Origin: Patiria miniata
Lineage: Eukaryota
NCBI RefSeq assembly: GCF_015706575.1
Contig: NW_024037073.1
Span: 20,086,740 to 20,150,739 of the forward strand
Direction: 5' to 3'
DNA length: 64,000 nucleotides
The position numbers were made by a program, and so were the translations under genes. Of the stretch, positions 12,700 to 26,500 are shown piece after piece (within the stretch, counting starts at the first letter, position 1; the number at the start of each line of letters is the position of its first letter). The notes below the pieces were generated by a model. It was not told where the DNA came from. It did no database searches and saw only the letters and a program-made list of their open reading frames with translations.

Positions 12700-15600
12700 G
12701 GGTTGGTCTTACTCGGAGGAGTGTTCACGTCATGCCACACACATCAACTCAATATATGCATGTTTAAATCCATGTTTGACTTTTTCAACATGCCGCCAGA
12801 GGGCGCTCTAACATTTGATGACGTCACTTTTTTTTTTTACAGTACTGCCTATAGGCAGACACTCACATCGTTGAAAGCAAGTTCGCATCTTCTGCCAATT
12901 TCAAATAATAAGGCACTTCAGGTTTCGACCGGAAGGAAGGGTCAAGTGATTTTGCACTTAATACCAAAAATGAAGACCCTGCAATATTGTATCGATTGCC
13001 ATAAAAAAAACAAAATTAAATCTGTAGCAGTTGATTTTATATTGATTTTCAAAGATTAAATCTAGAAATCTTTGATTGCTTGCAATACGATACTTGATGA
13101 CGTCATTATGACGTCATTGCCAGAAAGTTCAAGAGCTATTTTAACTGTGCTATATACAGCCAAATCTTGATTATATCTATCATGGTATATTTTCTAGCAA
13201 TTTTTGAAGGTTTAAAGGTCTTTTTATTGTAACTTCCGGTCTGATGACGTAATCATTTTCTTTTCGCGCACAGGTGTTGTCTGCATTATGGTCATCATGT
13301 ACATTAATTTTGAAGCGATTACCGCAAACTTCGCCAAAGACATGAAGTGAAAATGCGTTTTTGACGTTTTTTAACCTGCCGCTAGAGGGCGCTCCAACAC
13401 TTCATGGCTTCACCCATTATTAGGTGTTGGGCTTTAGCCCAAAACCTATTGTTTTTGCTAGGGTTTTTAGGGTTTTTTTTCTTCTATACACATTCCTTCT
13501 CCAGAACTGTGTGTCAAAATGAAAACAGATATGAACTTCAATTGTCAATACATGAATGCACAACCTACCGCAGATGTGCTTTTTTGCAATTACGTAATCA
13601 TGACGTCATCACGGGTCACGTGACGTCACTTCAAAGTTTAATAAATTTAATCTTTGAAATGCCATATAAAATCAACCGTGAGAGACCGGAACCTGAAATT
13701 TGCGGGAATCGACATGGTAATACATGATCTTCATTTTATTTTGTGCGCGTAAAATCACGTGACCCTTCCTTCCGGTCGAAACCGGAAGTGCCTAATAATT
13801 TTAAAGTGGAAAAAGATATGAACTTGCTTTTAACGATTTAAGTGTCTGCCTGGATTGACCTTTCAAAAAAGATAATGGGTGACGCCATGAAGTGTTGGGG
13901 CCATATGGGCCCAAAAAGTGTCTCAACTGGACTGGAACACATGGTTTGGACGGTCCCAGACAATGTTGGGAGCATGCATGGTCAAGTTTGGGCGTAACAT
14001 TAACGGCTATTTATACACATGCAATAATCTACGAACATGAAGACAAGATGATCGCTCGATCAATTTCTTATGCAATGAGGAGGAATCACATGAAAACTTT
14101 AACTGGTTCACAGTCCCAAAGGTTTGTGCACAAATTGCCTGGTTTACTATTGACATACCAAAATATAACCGATTTCCCAAATTGTATGGAACATTTAGTT
14201 AATAAAGGCTGCAACATTTTCTCTTGGGCTCACGATGTAAATTAATGGATTTTGAGATGATAACATCAGGATACAACATTCGGGTCTGTACATGAGTTCA
14301 TAATACAAGCCAAATCACATGACATCTATATATATTTTTCTCTCCATCAAAACTCAACCTCCTACTCAAACTGAGACTCAGATATAGGGCACACAGACTC
14401 GCACTTGGTATACTCGGACTTCGATTCAGACTTTATGACAGGGAAGTAACGAAATTGATCAAGAAAAACACAAAATATTGGTTCATAGGGTTTAAACGGG
14501 TCCTTGCAAGCCACTGCTGTATAGCTATGAACTAGAGCTCTGCCTGTGGCCTTGGATTTGAGGCTTTGATAACGCACCTTTATGAAATTCCAACGCACTT
14601 ATTATGCAAATGACCATAAGAAAAGATCAACATCACAAGCTTGCCATAGGTTGCTGCACAAGCATAATGCGCCTAAAGCTGGGGTCGAGTGTTGAATTTT
14701 AGCAAAGCAAAAACAAGTTTGGCGAACGACGTGTCTGCTACAAAGAGGCTAGGAGTGGGTAGCAGGGTTATACATGTAAATACATGTACATGGAGTTCAA
14801 TGGCGGATGTTTAAGTACGGTGTGTATACACAGTACCTGTGATACCTGCGTCCGTTCCATTCACTGCATGAAAGCCATTTTGTAAAATAAAATACATTTT
14901 GATACATTGCAATGACGCTGGTAATTACTTTTTAATTAGTTACAATGTGCTACAGCCGGGGCGGAGCCAGAAATCGCATGGGGGAAGGCGTTTTAGTCAT
15001 TAATTGTGGCTTCTGGATGCATGAAGGGGACGAGTTTAGATTCGGATACTCAAAGGAAAAGGAAAGAATAAATCCTACAAATGATGGTAATTATTGTCTT
15101 GCAGATGGTAGTTTCCTTTAAAGAAATAAAATCATGAGTTTCTGATCTGTGTAGTACACGTTCTTTTAAAGGTGCATTGGCACACACAGCCGAGAAAAAC
15201 ACATTATATAGTGCAGTGAAAACAAGGTTATATAATGGGCTAATAATAGCGACTAATTAGTGTTCGACTGAAACGTCTACAAAAATTTGGTGTGCCTACA
15301 CGAATGATCTCTCAGATTACGAAATAAAATTGTGAGTTTTTACTCCATGTGTGTACAATGAATGTCACATTCCTACGTCAACATAAAATCATTGCAAAAT
15401 AGCGCGAAAAGTGAGGTTTTCCATTCAGCAGCTAATGTAACACTAATTACTGCATCAAGAACGCAAAAATTGTTCATGAAGTTGTGGTTAACGTTGTGAA
15501 TTTAATCTGGCATGAGAATATATTGTGTTTTGTTGTTAGTTTGAAAAATAAAAGGTTGAATAAATGAAGCACACTTTCCGAGTAAAAAGGATCATCTGCT

Positions 15601-18600
15601 TTATGTGTTCTAGATTTGTAGCATCTGCTTCCTTCAGCCATGTTTTAATACTGCATCAATCAACTGTGTCAAAAGAAACATGTAGTTCCTAATCTCTGTG
15701 GCATATTTTCTCCATCAGGCATGCCCCCAGACTACTGATGGGGTCAGTCTTTTCAAACAGTTGGACATGTACCAGTCTAGTCTTAGGATTCAAATCTAAT
15801 AATTTTGCTTTTCAGGTGCAAAATTTTGAAGAAAAGTTACATTTAAAAATTGAATTGAGACCTCAACTTGAATGATGAAGTACTGAGAACCTTGCATTTG
15901 CCTCGTGAAATGTGTGGAGAATTTTGTCAGCTATCATAGAGCGTCAAGCTGGCCTAACTGTAGTTTTGCATGTTTCATCCTATCGAAAGTGTCTCAACTG
16001 AACTGAAACACACGGTTCGGACGATCCCAGCCAAAGCTGGGAGCATGGTCAATTAAGTTGGGGCTTAACACTAACAACTATGTTTAGTGTTAAGTTATAC
16101 ACATGCAATAATGTACGAACATGAAGAAAATACGATCGCTCAAATTCGTTATGCAATGAGGAGGAATCGTATAAAAGTTTCAACTGGTGCACAGTCCCAT
16201 AGGTTTGTGCACAAATTGCCTGGTTTGTTATACACAGCCACGATGCAACGTGTAGGCCTATACTATATTTGTCATCATTCAAAATCTAAACGTGCGCAAA
16301 CATGACTAAAAGTTAGCGAAAATTGGGTAGCGAAAAAATTGTATGTCAGCTTCTGTACTCACTATAATTTGCTGAAAAACAGTCCTCCGAACTTCTGTCT
16401 TGCCGATCGAACTGCACCTTCAATATTGTAACTTTTAATTACAATTTTCAAGAGAGTTGTTAAGTCCACAAAAGTAATGCAAGTTATTTCCTGTTTCGCA
16501 ATGCCTATATTTCGCAATGCATTATGGAAATAACCGTTTTTTTCCCAAAAAAAGTCGGTTAGATGAAAGAGCGCCCTCTTTTTGTTACATTTATTTATTC
16601 TGACTCCAACGTCGTTTACATGGTCTCTAGCGGTACGATCATTTTTTTGAAAAGTTCAACCCACCCACAGACTTACATCGTTAAAAGCAAGTTCATATCT
16701 TTTTCCACTTTCAAATTATTAGGCACTTCCGGTTTCGACCGGAAGGAAGGGTCACGTGATTTTACACGCACAAGATAAATTGAAGATCGTGTATTATCAT
16801 GTAGATTCCCGCAAAATTCAAGTTTCGGTCTCTGACATGATTTTATATTGAAATTCAAAGATTCAATTTATTATTTTTGGAAGTGACGTCACGTTACCAA
16901 TAATGACGTCATGATGACGTAATTGCAAAAAAGCACATCTTTAGTGGCTTGTGCATTCATCTACTGACAATTGAAGTTCATATATGTTTGTTGTTGTTGA
17001 TTGTTAATGTTGATTGTTGATGTTGATTGTTGATGTTGATTGTTGATGTTAATGTTGATTGTTGATTGTTGCTGTTGATTGTTGATGTTGATTGTTGATG
17101 TTGATTGTTGATGTTAATGTTGATTGTTGAGTTGATTGTTGATGTTGATTGTTGTTGTTGATTGTTAATGTTGATTGTTGATGTTGATTGTTGGTTGTTT
17201 ATGATTATGTTGATTGTTGATTGATGATGTTGATGTTGATTGTCGATTGAATTTGACGGTGGTTGTTCGTGTCGAATGTTGATTGTTGATAATTGATTGG
17301 TGTTGTTGATTTACGATTATTGATGTTGATTGTTGATAATTGTTGCTGTTGGTTGTCGATGTTGATTTCGATTTTTTGTTGTTGATTGTTGATGTTGATT
17401 GTTGATTGTTGATGTTGATTGTTGATTGTTGATGTTGATTGTTGATGTTAATGTTGATTGTTGATTGTTGCTGTTGATTGTTGATGTTGATTGTTGATGT
17501 TGATTGTTGATGTTAATGTTGATTGTTGATGTTGATTGTTGATGTTGATTGTTGATGTTGATTGTTGATGTTGTTTGTTGATGTTAATGTTGATTGTTGA
17601 TTGTTGATGTTGATTGTTGATTTTGCTGTTGATTGTGGATGTTGATTGTTGATTGTTGATGTGGATTGTTGATGTTAATGTTAATGTTTATTGTTGATTG
17701 TTGATGTTGATGTTGAGGGTTGAGGGTTGAAAAATAGCGCGTGGGGTAATTATACAGAGGATAGTTAAAAAGAGTCAGGTGAGGATCTGCACGCGCGTAT
17801 GCTGCTGTACTGTAAACTTATCTAGTACAATTGTTACAAAAACCCATTAAATAGTTCATATCTCTAAAAGTAAAGGTCGCACACCATTGGCGCAATTCAA
17901 GATATTGCTCGCCATACCCTCTTAACCCCAATGCGCATGTTTTTAGTATCATATTGAGTATCATATGAGGGGAAGTTCCCTTTTACGCAATCGCAGCACA
18001 CTGTTTTTTCGGGATTTTCCCTTTGTACGCAATTATCCCCATTTGCTGTACACACAATGTACGTGGCATTAAATGAGCGTTTCAATGCGTAGGCGTGTTC
18101 AACTTCAAACTTCAAGGGGGCTGCAGGGCATCTTCTAGTAAATTTATTGTAACCTTGGGAAGTTTGAGACCTATTATTAAAGTGCAATTTGAAGCACAAA
18201 ACTGGATAATATCTCTGACGGTTGATTTTTTAGCAATTTTCAAAGAAAAAGATGTATTTTCATTGTAACTTCCGGTCTGATAACGTAATCATTTTTTTTT
18301 CGCGCACAGGTCTTGTCTGCATTAAGGTTATCATGTATATTAATTTTGAAGCGATTACCGCAAATTTCGCTACAGACATCAACTGAAAATGCGTTTTGGA
18401 CATTTTTTAACCTGCCGCTAGAGGGCGCTCGAACACTTGATGGCGTCACCGATCATTTTTTTGGAAAGATCAACCCACCCACAGGCTAACATCGTTAAAA
18501 GCAAGTTCATATTTTTTTCCAGTTTTGAATTATTAGGCACTTCCGGTTTCGACCGGAAGGAAGGGTCATGTGATTTTACGCACACAAGATTAATTGAAGA

Positions 18601-18900
18601 GCATGTATTATTTATGATGATTCCCGCAAAATTCAAGTTCCGGTCTCTCACGGTTGATTTGATATTGAATTTCAAAGATTAAATGTATTATTTTTTGAAG
18701 TGACGTCACGTGACCCATGATGACGTCATAATGACGTAATTGCAAAAAAGCACATCTTCAGTGGGTTGTGCATTCATGTATTGACAATTGAAGTTCATTT
18801 GTGTTTTCATTTTGACAAACGGTTCTGGAAACGAATGTGTCTTGGAGAAATAAAAAAAATAGTAAATTCTTACAATAACAATAGGTGTTGGGCTCAGGCC
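12700..18900. repeat. Array of ~0.6-2-kb composite repeat units. Copies start near 12700, 13200, 16560 and 18225; duplicated segment 13890-14250 matches 15990-16310. The units are rich in TGACGTCA, ATGACGTCAT and CACGTGAC palindromes.
   Basis: Shared blocks ttttaacctgccgctagagggcgctc(c/g)aacac... and ttaggcacttccggtttcgaccggaaggaagggtcacgtgatttt recur. Clusters of tgacgtca occur at 13085-13125, 13590-13640, 16880-16930 and 18690-18750. Confidence 0.8.
16990..17725 (+). repeat. Simple or minisatellite tract of (gttgattgttgat)n with variants.
   Basis: Direct reading, ~730 bp of tgttgat/tgttgattgttga repeats. Confidence 0.95.
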
Positions 18901-18904
18901 CAAC

Positions 18905-20625
18905 ACCTAATAAGTTAAACTTCGAGACAAAGTGTACCAAACAGTGTAGAAGAAAAAGTCAAATCGCCGATGACATCTTAAAGAGTGGTGTCCCGCCTAC
19001 ACTCTATTTTGGTTTCAGGTGTGTGGGGGTGTATCTGTAACGTGACAATGGCATAACAAAATGGGCTCTCACCGCCAAATTCACTTTATTTTATATATTT
19101 AATGCGGATTTCAGGAAAACGTGTACCGAAAATGCAACATGTCCGAATTATGTTTGATGGTCAGTTATTGAGAACTAGAGGCTTCCTACAAATTATTTTG
19201 GTTTCAGATCTAGGGCAGCTATGAATCACGTGATACTCGTCCTGAGAAAAATCGTACTAAAATAGCATTTTGCGGTTGTACAACATTAAACTTATTGTTA
19301 ACTTCGAGACAAAGTGTACCAAACAGTGTAGAAGAAAAAGTCACGTGACAATGGCATAACAAATGGGCTCTCACCGCCAAATTTACTTTATTTTATATAT
19401 TTAATGCGGATTTCAGGAAAAAGTGTACCGAAAATGCAACATGTCCAAATTATGTTTGATGGTCAGTTATTGAGGACTAGAGGCTTCCTACAAATTATTT
19501 TGGTTTCAGATCTAGGGCAGCTATGAATCACGTGATACTCGTCCTGAGAAAAATCGTACTAAAATAGCATTTTGCGGTTGTACAACATTAAACTTATTGT
19601 TAACTTCGAGACAAAGTGTACCAAACAGTGTAGAAGAAAAAGTCGAATCGCCGATGTCATCTTAAAGAGTGGTGTCCCGCCTACACTCTATTTTGGTTTC
19701 AGGTGTATGGGGTGTATTTTGTCACGTGACAATGGCATAACATAATGCGCTTTCACCGCCAAATTTATTTAATGCGGATTTCAGTAGAAAGTGTACCGAA
19801 AACACAACATGTTCAAATTATGTTTGATGGTCAGTTATTGAGGACTAGAGGCTTCCTATAAATTATTTTGGTTTCAGATCTAGGGCAGCTATGAATCACG
19901 TGATACTCGTCCTGAGAAAAGTCGTACTAAAATAGCATTTTACGGTAACGTTGTACATTTAACTTAAGTTAAACTTCGAGACAAAGTGTACCAAACAGTG
20001 TAGAAGAAAAAGTCGAATCGCCGATGTCATCTTAAAGAGTGGTGTTCCGCATACACTCTATTTTGGTTTCAGGTGTGTGGGGTGTATCTGTCACGTGACA
20101 ATGGCATAACATAATGCGCTTTCACCGCCAAATTTACTTTATTTATATATTTAATGCGGATTTCAGTAGAAAGTGTACCGAAAATGCCACATGTTCAAAT
20201 TATGTTTGATGGTCAGTTATTCAGGACTAGAGGCTTCCTATGAACTATTTTGGTTTCAGATCTAGGGCAGCTATGAATCACGTGATACTCGACCTTAGAA
20301 AAATCGTACTAAAATAGCATTTTGCGGTTGTACAACATTAAACTTAAGTTAAACTTCGAGACAAAGTGTACCAAACAGTGTAGGAGAAAAAGTCGAATCG
20401 CCGATGGCATCTTAAAGAGTGGTGTCCCGCCTACACTCTATTGTGGTTTCAGGTTGTGGGGTGTATCTGTCACGTGACAATGGCATAACAAAATGGGCTT
20501 TCACCGCCAAATTTACAATTATTTTATATATTTAATGCAGATTTCAGGAAAAAGTGTACCGAAAATGCAACATGTCCGAATTATGTTTGATGGTCAGTTA
20601 TTGAGGACTATAGGCGTCCTATAAA
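18905..20625 (+). repeat. Second block of the ~390-bp satellite, about 4.4 copies.
   Basis: Same unit as 9800-11565. Begins right after a perfect hairpin at 18891-18914. Confidence 0.9.
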
Positions 20626-20879
20626 TGTTGTACATGCTGCAAAAGGTGATCTGTTTTCCAGATAGATAATTTATGTTATTCAACGAATTTTTCAAAATAA
20701 ACGACAAATATCAATATTTTTCTATGGTGTATCAGAGTTCACAATATAAGCAGCCATGTCGTCAACGAGTTTTGAAAATTTGATGCAATAATTACTTAGA
20801 AATTAACTGCTTAATGCGAATCATCACATTTAATATAATTTTTGAACGCTTTTAGAGATGTTGAAAAATAATGCATCAT

Positions 20880-23215
20880 TTAAAACAAAGTGTACCTCAC
20901 ATGTTGTCAAAAAAACATAATTTTATTGCATAATCTACGAGATCATGTGACTGGGCACGCTTAATTTTGGTATTGGCTTCAGCCGAGCACTAATTAGTGC
21001 CTAATTAGCCTCTTAAAGTGACCCCATTTTCCAGGCACTATGAGAATGCATTCTTTTCAACTGCGTATATCACTGCTTCTTTAAAACAAAGTGTACCTCA
21101 TATTATGTTGCCAAAAACTTGCAGTTTTATTTCATAATCTACGAGATCATAATTATCACTGGACACACTTTAATTTTGGTATTGGCTTCATCCAAGGACT
21201 AATTAGTGCCTAATTGGCCCCTTAAAGTGACCCCATTTTCCCGGCACTATCAGCATGCATTCTTTTCAACTGCATACATCACTGCTCCTTTAAAACAAAG
21301 TATACCTCACATGTTGTCAAAAACTCATCATTTTATTGCATAATCTACGAGATCATGTGACCGGGCACACTTAATTTTGGTATTGGCTTCATCCAAGGAC
21401 TAATTAGTGACTAATTGGCCCCTTATTAAAGTGACCCAATTTTCCCAGCACTATCAGCATGCATTCTTTTCAACTGCATACATCACTGCTCCTTTTAAAC
21501 AAAATAAAGTGTGCCCAGTCACATGATCTCGTAGATTATACAATAAAATGTTTTTGCCAACTTGTGAGGTACACTTTGTTTTAAAGGAGCAGTGATGTAT
21601 GCAGTTGAAAAGAATGCATTCTGAAAGTGCCGCGAAAATGGGGTCACTTTAAGGGGCTAATTATGCACTAATTAGTCCATGGATGAAGCCAATACCAAAA
21701 TTAAGCGTGCCCAGTCACATGATCTCGTAGATTATGCAATAAAATTATGAGTTTTTCATAACATGTGAAGTACACTTTGTTTTAAAGGAGCAGTGATGTA
21801 CGCAGTTGAAAAGAATGCATGCTGATAGTGCCGGGAAAATTGGGCCACTTTAAAGGACCAATTAGGCAATAATTAGTGCTTGGATGAAGCCAATACCAAA
21901 ATTAAGTGTGCCCGGTGATATGATCTCGTAGATTATGCAATATAATTATGAGTTTTTGACAACATGTGAGGTACACTTTGTTTTAAAGGAGCAGTGATAT
22001 ACGCAGTTGAAAAGAATGCATTCTGAAAGTGCCGCGAAAATAGGGTCATTTTAAGGGGCTAATTATGCACTAATTAGTCCATGGATGAAGCCAATACTAA
22101 AATTAAGTGTGCCCGGTGACATGATCTCGTAGATTATGCAAACAAAGTATGAGTTTTTTACAACATGTGAAGTACACTTTGTTTTAAAGGAGCAGTGATA
22201 TACGCAGTTGAAAAGAATGCAATCTGATAGTGCCGGAAAATTGAGTCACTTTAAGGGGCCAAATAAGCACTAATTAGTCCTTGGATGAAGCCAATACCAA
22301 AATTAAGTGTGCCCAGTGATATGATCTCGTAGATTATGAAATAAAACTGCAAGTTTTTGACAACATGTGAGGTACACTTTGTTTTAAAGGAGCAGTGATA
22401 TAAGCAGTTGAAAAGAATGCATGCTGATAGTGCTGGGAAAATTGGGTCACTTTAAGGGGCTAATTAGGCACTAATTAGTACTTGGATGAAGCCAATACCG
22501 AAATTGAGTTTGCCCAGTGATATGATCTCGTAGATTATGCAATAAAATTATGAGTTTTTGACAACATGTGAGGTACACTTTGTTTTAAGGACCTGTGATG
22601 TATGCAGTTGAAAAGAATGCATGCTGATAGTGCCTTGAAAATTGGGTCAATTTAAGGGGCTAATTAGTCATTAATTAGTGCTTGGATGAAGCCAATGCCA
22701 GAATTAAGTGTACCCAGCGATATGATCTCGTAGATTATGAAATAAAACTGCGTGTTTTTGGCAACATGTAAGGTACACTTTGTTTTAAATAAGCAGTGAT
22801 ATACGCAGCAGAAACGAAGGCATTACAATAGTGCAGTAAAATAGCGTCGCTTTAACGGGCTAATTAGGCACTAATTAGTTTTCGGCTCGAGCTGATACCA
22901 AAATTAAGTGTGCCCAGTCGCATGATCTCGTAGATTAAGCAATAAAATGATGAGTTTTTGACAATTTGTGAGGCACACTTTGTTTAAAAGGAGCAGTGAT
23001 ATACGCAGTTGAAAAGAATGCATTCTCATAGTGCCTGGAAAATGGGGTCACTTTTAATAAGGGGCTAATTTAGGCACTAATTAGTGCTCGGCTGAAGCCA
23101 ATACCAAAATTAAGCGTGCCCAGTCACATAATCTCGTAGATTAAGCAATAAAATTATGAGTTTTCGACAACATGTGAGGTACACCTTGTTTTAAATGATG
23201 CATTTACTTTTCTCT
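20880..23215. repeat. ~190-bp satellite in a head-to-head palindrome: + orientation 20880-21500 (~3 units), - orientation 21510-23215 (~9 units). Symmetry centre about 21505.
   Basis: Unit ...aaagtgtacctcacatgttgtc...tacgagatcatgtgaccgggcacacttaattttggtattggcttcatccaaggactaattagtgcctaattggcc... switches to its reverse complement at ~21500. Unique flanks 20625-20880 and 23215-23460 are reverse complements of each other. Confidence 0.9.
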
Positions 23216-23534
23216 AAAAGCGTTTGAAAATTACGTTAAATGTGATGATTCCCATTAAGCAGTTAATTTCTAAGTAATTATTGCATCAAATTTTCAAAAC
23301 TCGTTGACGACATGGTTGCTTATATTGTGAACTGTGATACAGCGTAGAAAAATATTGATATTTGTCGTTTATTTTGAAAAATTCGTTGAATAAAATAAAT
23401 TATCTATCTGGAAAACAGATCACCTTTTGCAGCATGTATTATAGATTTTTTTACTTTTGGTGAATGCGCGGCTGAATACGCGGTTGAATACGCGGCTAAA
23501 ATCCGGCCGAATCCGCGGTAACCTTGAGCCAAGT

Positions 23535-26500
23535 ACTATTTGGTACACTTTGTCTCAAAGTTGGGCATAATAATATTTAACCGCAAACTGCTATATTTTA
23601 GTACGAATTTTCCCAGGACGAGTATCACGTGACTCATAGCTGCCCTAGATCTGAAACCAAAATAATTTATAGGAAGCCTCTATTCCTCAATAACTGACCA
23701 TCAAACATAATCCGGACATGTTGCATTTTCGGTACACTTTTTCCTGAAATTCGCACTAAATATAAAATAAATGTCAATTTGGCGGTGAAAGCCCATTTTG
23801 TTATGCCATTGTCACGTGACAGATACGACCCACACACTTGAAACCAAAATAGAGTGTAGGTGGACTTTTTCCCCGACACTGTTTGGTACACTTTGTCTTA
23901 AAGTTTATGTTATTTAACCGCAAACTGCTTTTTTTAGTACGAATTTTCTCAGGACGAGCATCACGTGACTCATAGCTGCCCTAGATCCGAAACCAAAATA
24001 ATTTATAGGAAGCCTCTAGTCCTCAATAACTGACCATCAAACATAATCTGGACATGTGGCATTTTCGGTACACTTTTTCCTGAAATCCGCATTAAATTTA
24101 TAAAATAAAGTTAATTTGGCGGTAAAGGCGCATTTTGGTATGCCATTGTCACGTGACAGATACACCCCACACACCTGAAACCAAAATAAAGTGTATGCAG
24201 GCTACCACTCTATAAGATGTTATCGGCGATTTGACTTTTTCTCCTACACTGTTCGGTACACTTTGTCTCGAAGTTTAACTTAAAGTTTAATGTTGTACTA
24301 CCGCAAAATGCTATTTTAGTACGATTTTTCTCAGGACGTGTATCACGTGATTCATAGCTGCCCTAGATCTGAAACCAGAATAATTTATAGGAAGCCTCTA
24401 GTTCTCAATAACTGACCATCAAACATAATTCGGACATGTTGCATTTTCGGTACACTTTTTCCTGAAATCCGCATTAAATATATAAAATAAAAAGTAAATT
24501 TGGCGGTGAGAGCCGATTTTGATATGCCATTGTCACGTGACAGATACACCCCACACACCTGAAACCAAAATAGAGTGTAGGCGGGCTACCACTCTATTAA
24601 AGATGTTATCGGCGATTTGACTTTTTCTCCTACACTGTTCGGTACACTTTGTCTCGAAGTTTAACTTAAAGTTTAATGTACTACCGCAAAATGCTATTTT
24701 AGTACGATTTTTCTCAGGACGTGTATCACGTGATTCATAGCTGCCCTAGATCTGAAACCAAAACAATTTATAGGAAGCCTCTAGTTCTCAATAACTGACC
24801 ATCAAACATAATTCGGACATGTTGCATTTTCGGTACACTTTTTCCTGAAATCCGCATTAAATATATAAAATAAAGTAAATTTGGCGGTGAGAGCCCATTT
24901 TGTTATGCCATTGTCACGTGACAGATACACCCCACACACCTGAAACCAAAATAGAGTGTAGGCGGGACACCACTCTTTAAGATGTCATCGGCGATTTGAC
25001 TTTTTCTTCTACACTGTTTGGTACACTTTGTCTCGAAGTTTAACTTATAAAGTTAAATGTACAACGTTACCGCAAAATGCCATTTTAGTACGACTTTTCT
25101 CATGAGTATCACGTGATTCATAGCTGCCCTAGATCTGAAACCAAAATAATTTATAGGAAGCCTCTAGTTCTCAATAACTGACCATCAAACATAATTCGGA
25201 CATGTTGCATTTTCGGCACACTTTTTCCTGAAATCCGCATAAAATATATAAAATAAAGTAAATTTGGCGGTGAGAGCCCATTTTGTTATGCCATTGTCAC
25301 GTGACAGATACACCCCACACACCTGAAACCAAAATAGAGTGTAGGCGGGACACCACTCTTTAAGATGTCATCGGCGATTTGACTTTTTCTTCTACACTGT
25401 TTGGTACACTTTGTCTCGAAGTTTAAGTTTAATGTTGTTCATAATTCAACCGCAAAATGCTATTTTAGTACGATTTTTCTCAGGAAGAGTATCACGTGAT
25501 TCATAGCTGCCCTAGATCTGAAACCAAAACAATTTATAGGAAGCCTCTAGTCCTCAATAACTGACCATCAAACATAATTCGGACATGTTGCATTTTCGGT
25601 ACACTTTTTCCTGAAATCCGCATAAAATATATAAAATAAAGTAAATTTGGCGGTGAGAGCCCATTTTGTTATGCCATTGTCACGTGACAGATACACCCCA
25701 CACACCTGAAACCAAAATAGAGTGTAGGCGGGCTACCACTCTATAAGATGTCATCGGCGATTTGACTTTATCTCCTACACTGTTCGGTACACTTTGTCTC
25801 GAAGTTTAACTTAATAAGTTAAATGTACAACGTTACCGCAAAATGCTATTTTAGTACGACTTTTCTCAGGACGAGTATCACGTGATTCGTAGCTGCCCTA
25901 GATCTGAAACCAAAATAATTTATAGGAAGCCTCTATCTAGTTCTCAATAACTGACCATCAAACATAATTCGGACATGTTGCATTTTCGGTACACTTTTTC
26001 CTGAAATCCGCATTAAATATATAAAATAAAGTAAATTTGGCGGTGAGAGCCCATTTTGTTATGCCATTGTCACGTGACAGATACACCCCACACACCTGAA
26101 ACCAAAATAGAGTGTAGGCGGGACACCACTCTTTAAGATGTCATCGGCGATTTGACTTTTTCTTCTACACTGTTTGGTACACTTTGTCTCGAAGTTTAAC
26201 TTATAAAGTTAAATGTACAACGTTACCGCAAAATGCTATTTTAGTACGACTTTTATCAGGACGTGTATCACCTGATTCATAGCTGCCCTAGATCTGAAAC
26301 CAAAATAATTTATAGGAAGCCTCTAGTTCTCAATAACTGACCATCAAACATAATTCGGACATGTTGCATTTTCGGTACACTTTTTCCTGAAATCCACATA
26401 AAATATATAAAATAAAGTAAATTTGGCGGTGAGAGCCCATTTTGTTATGCCATTGTCACGTGACAGATACACCCCACACACCTGAAACCAAAATAGAGTG

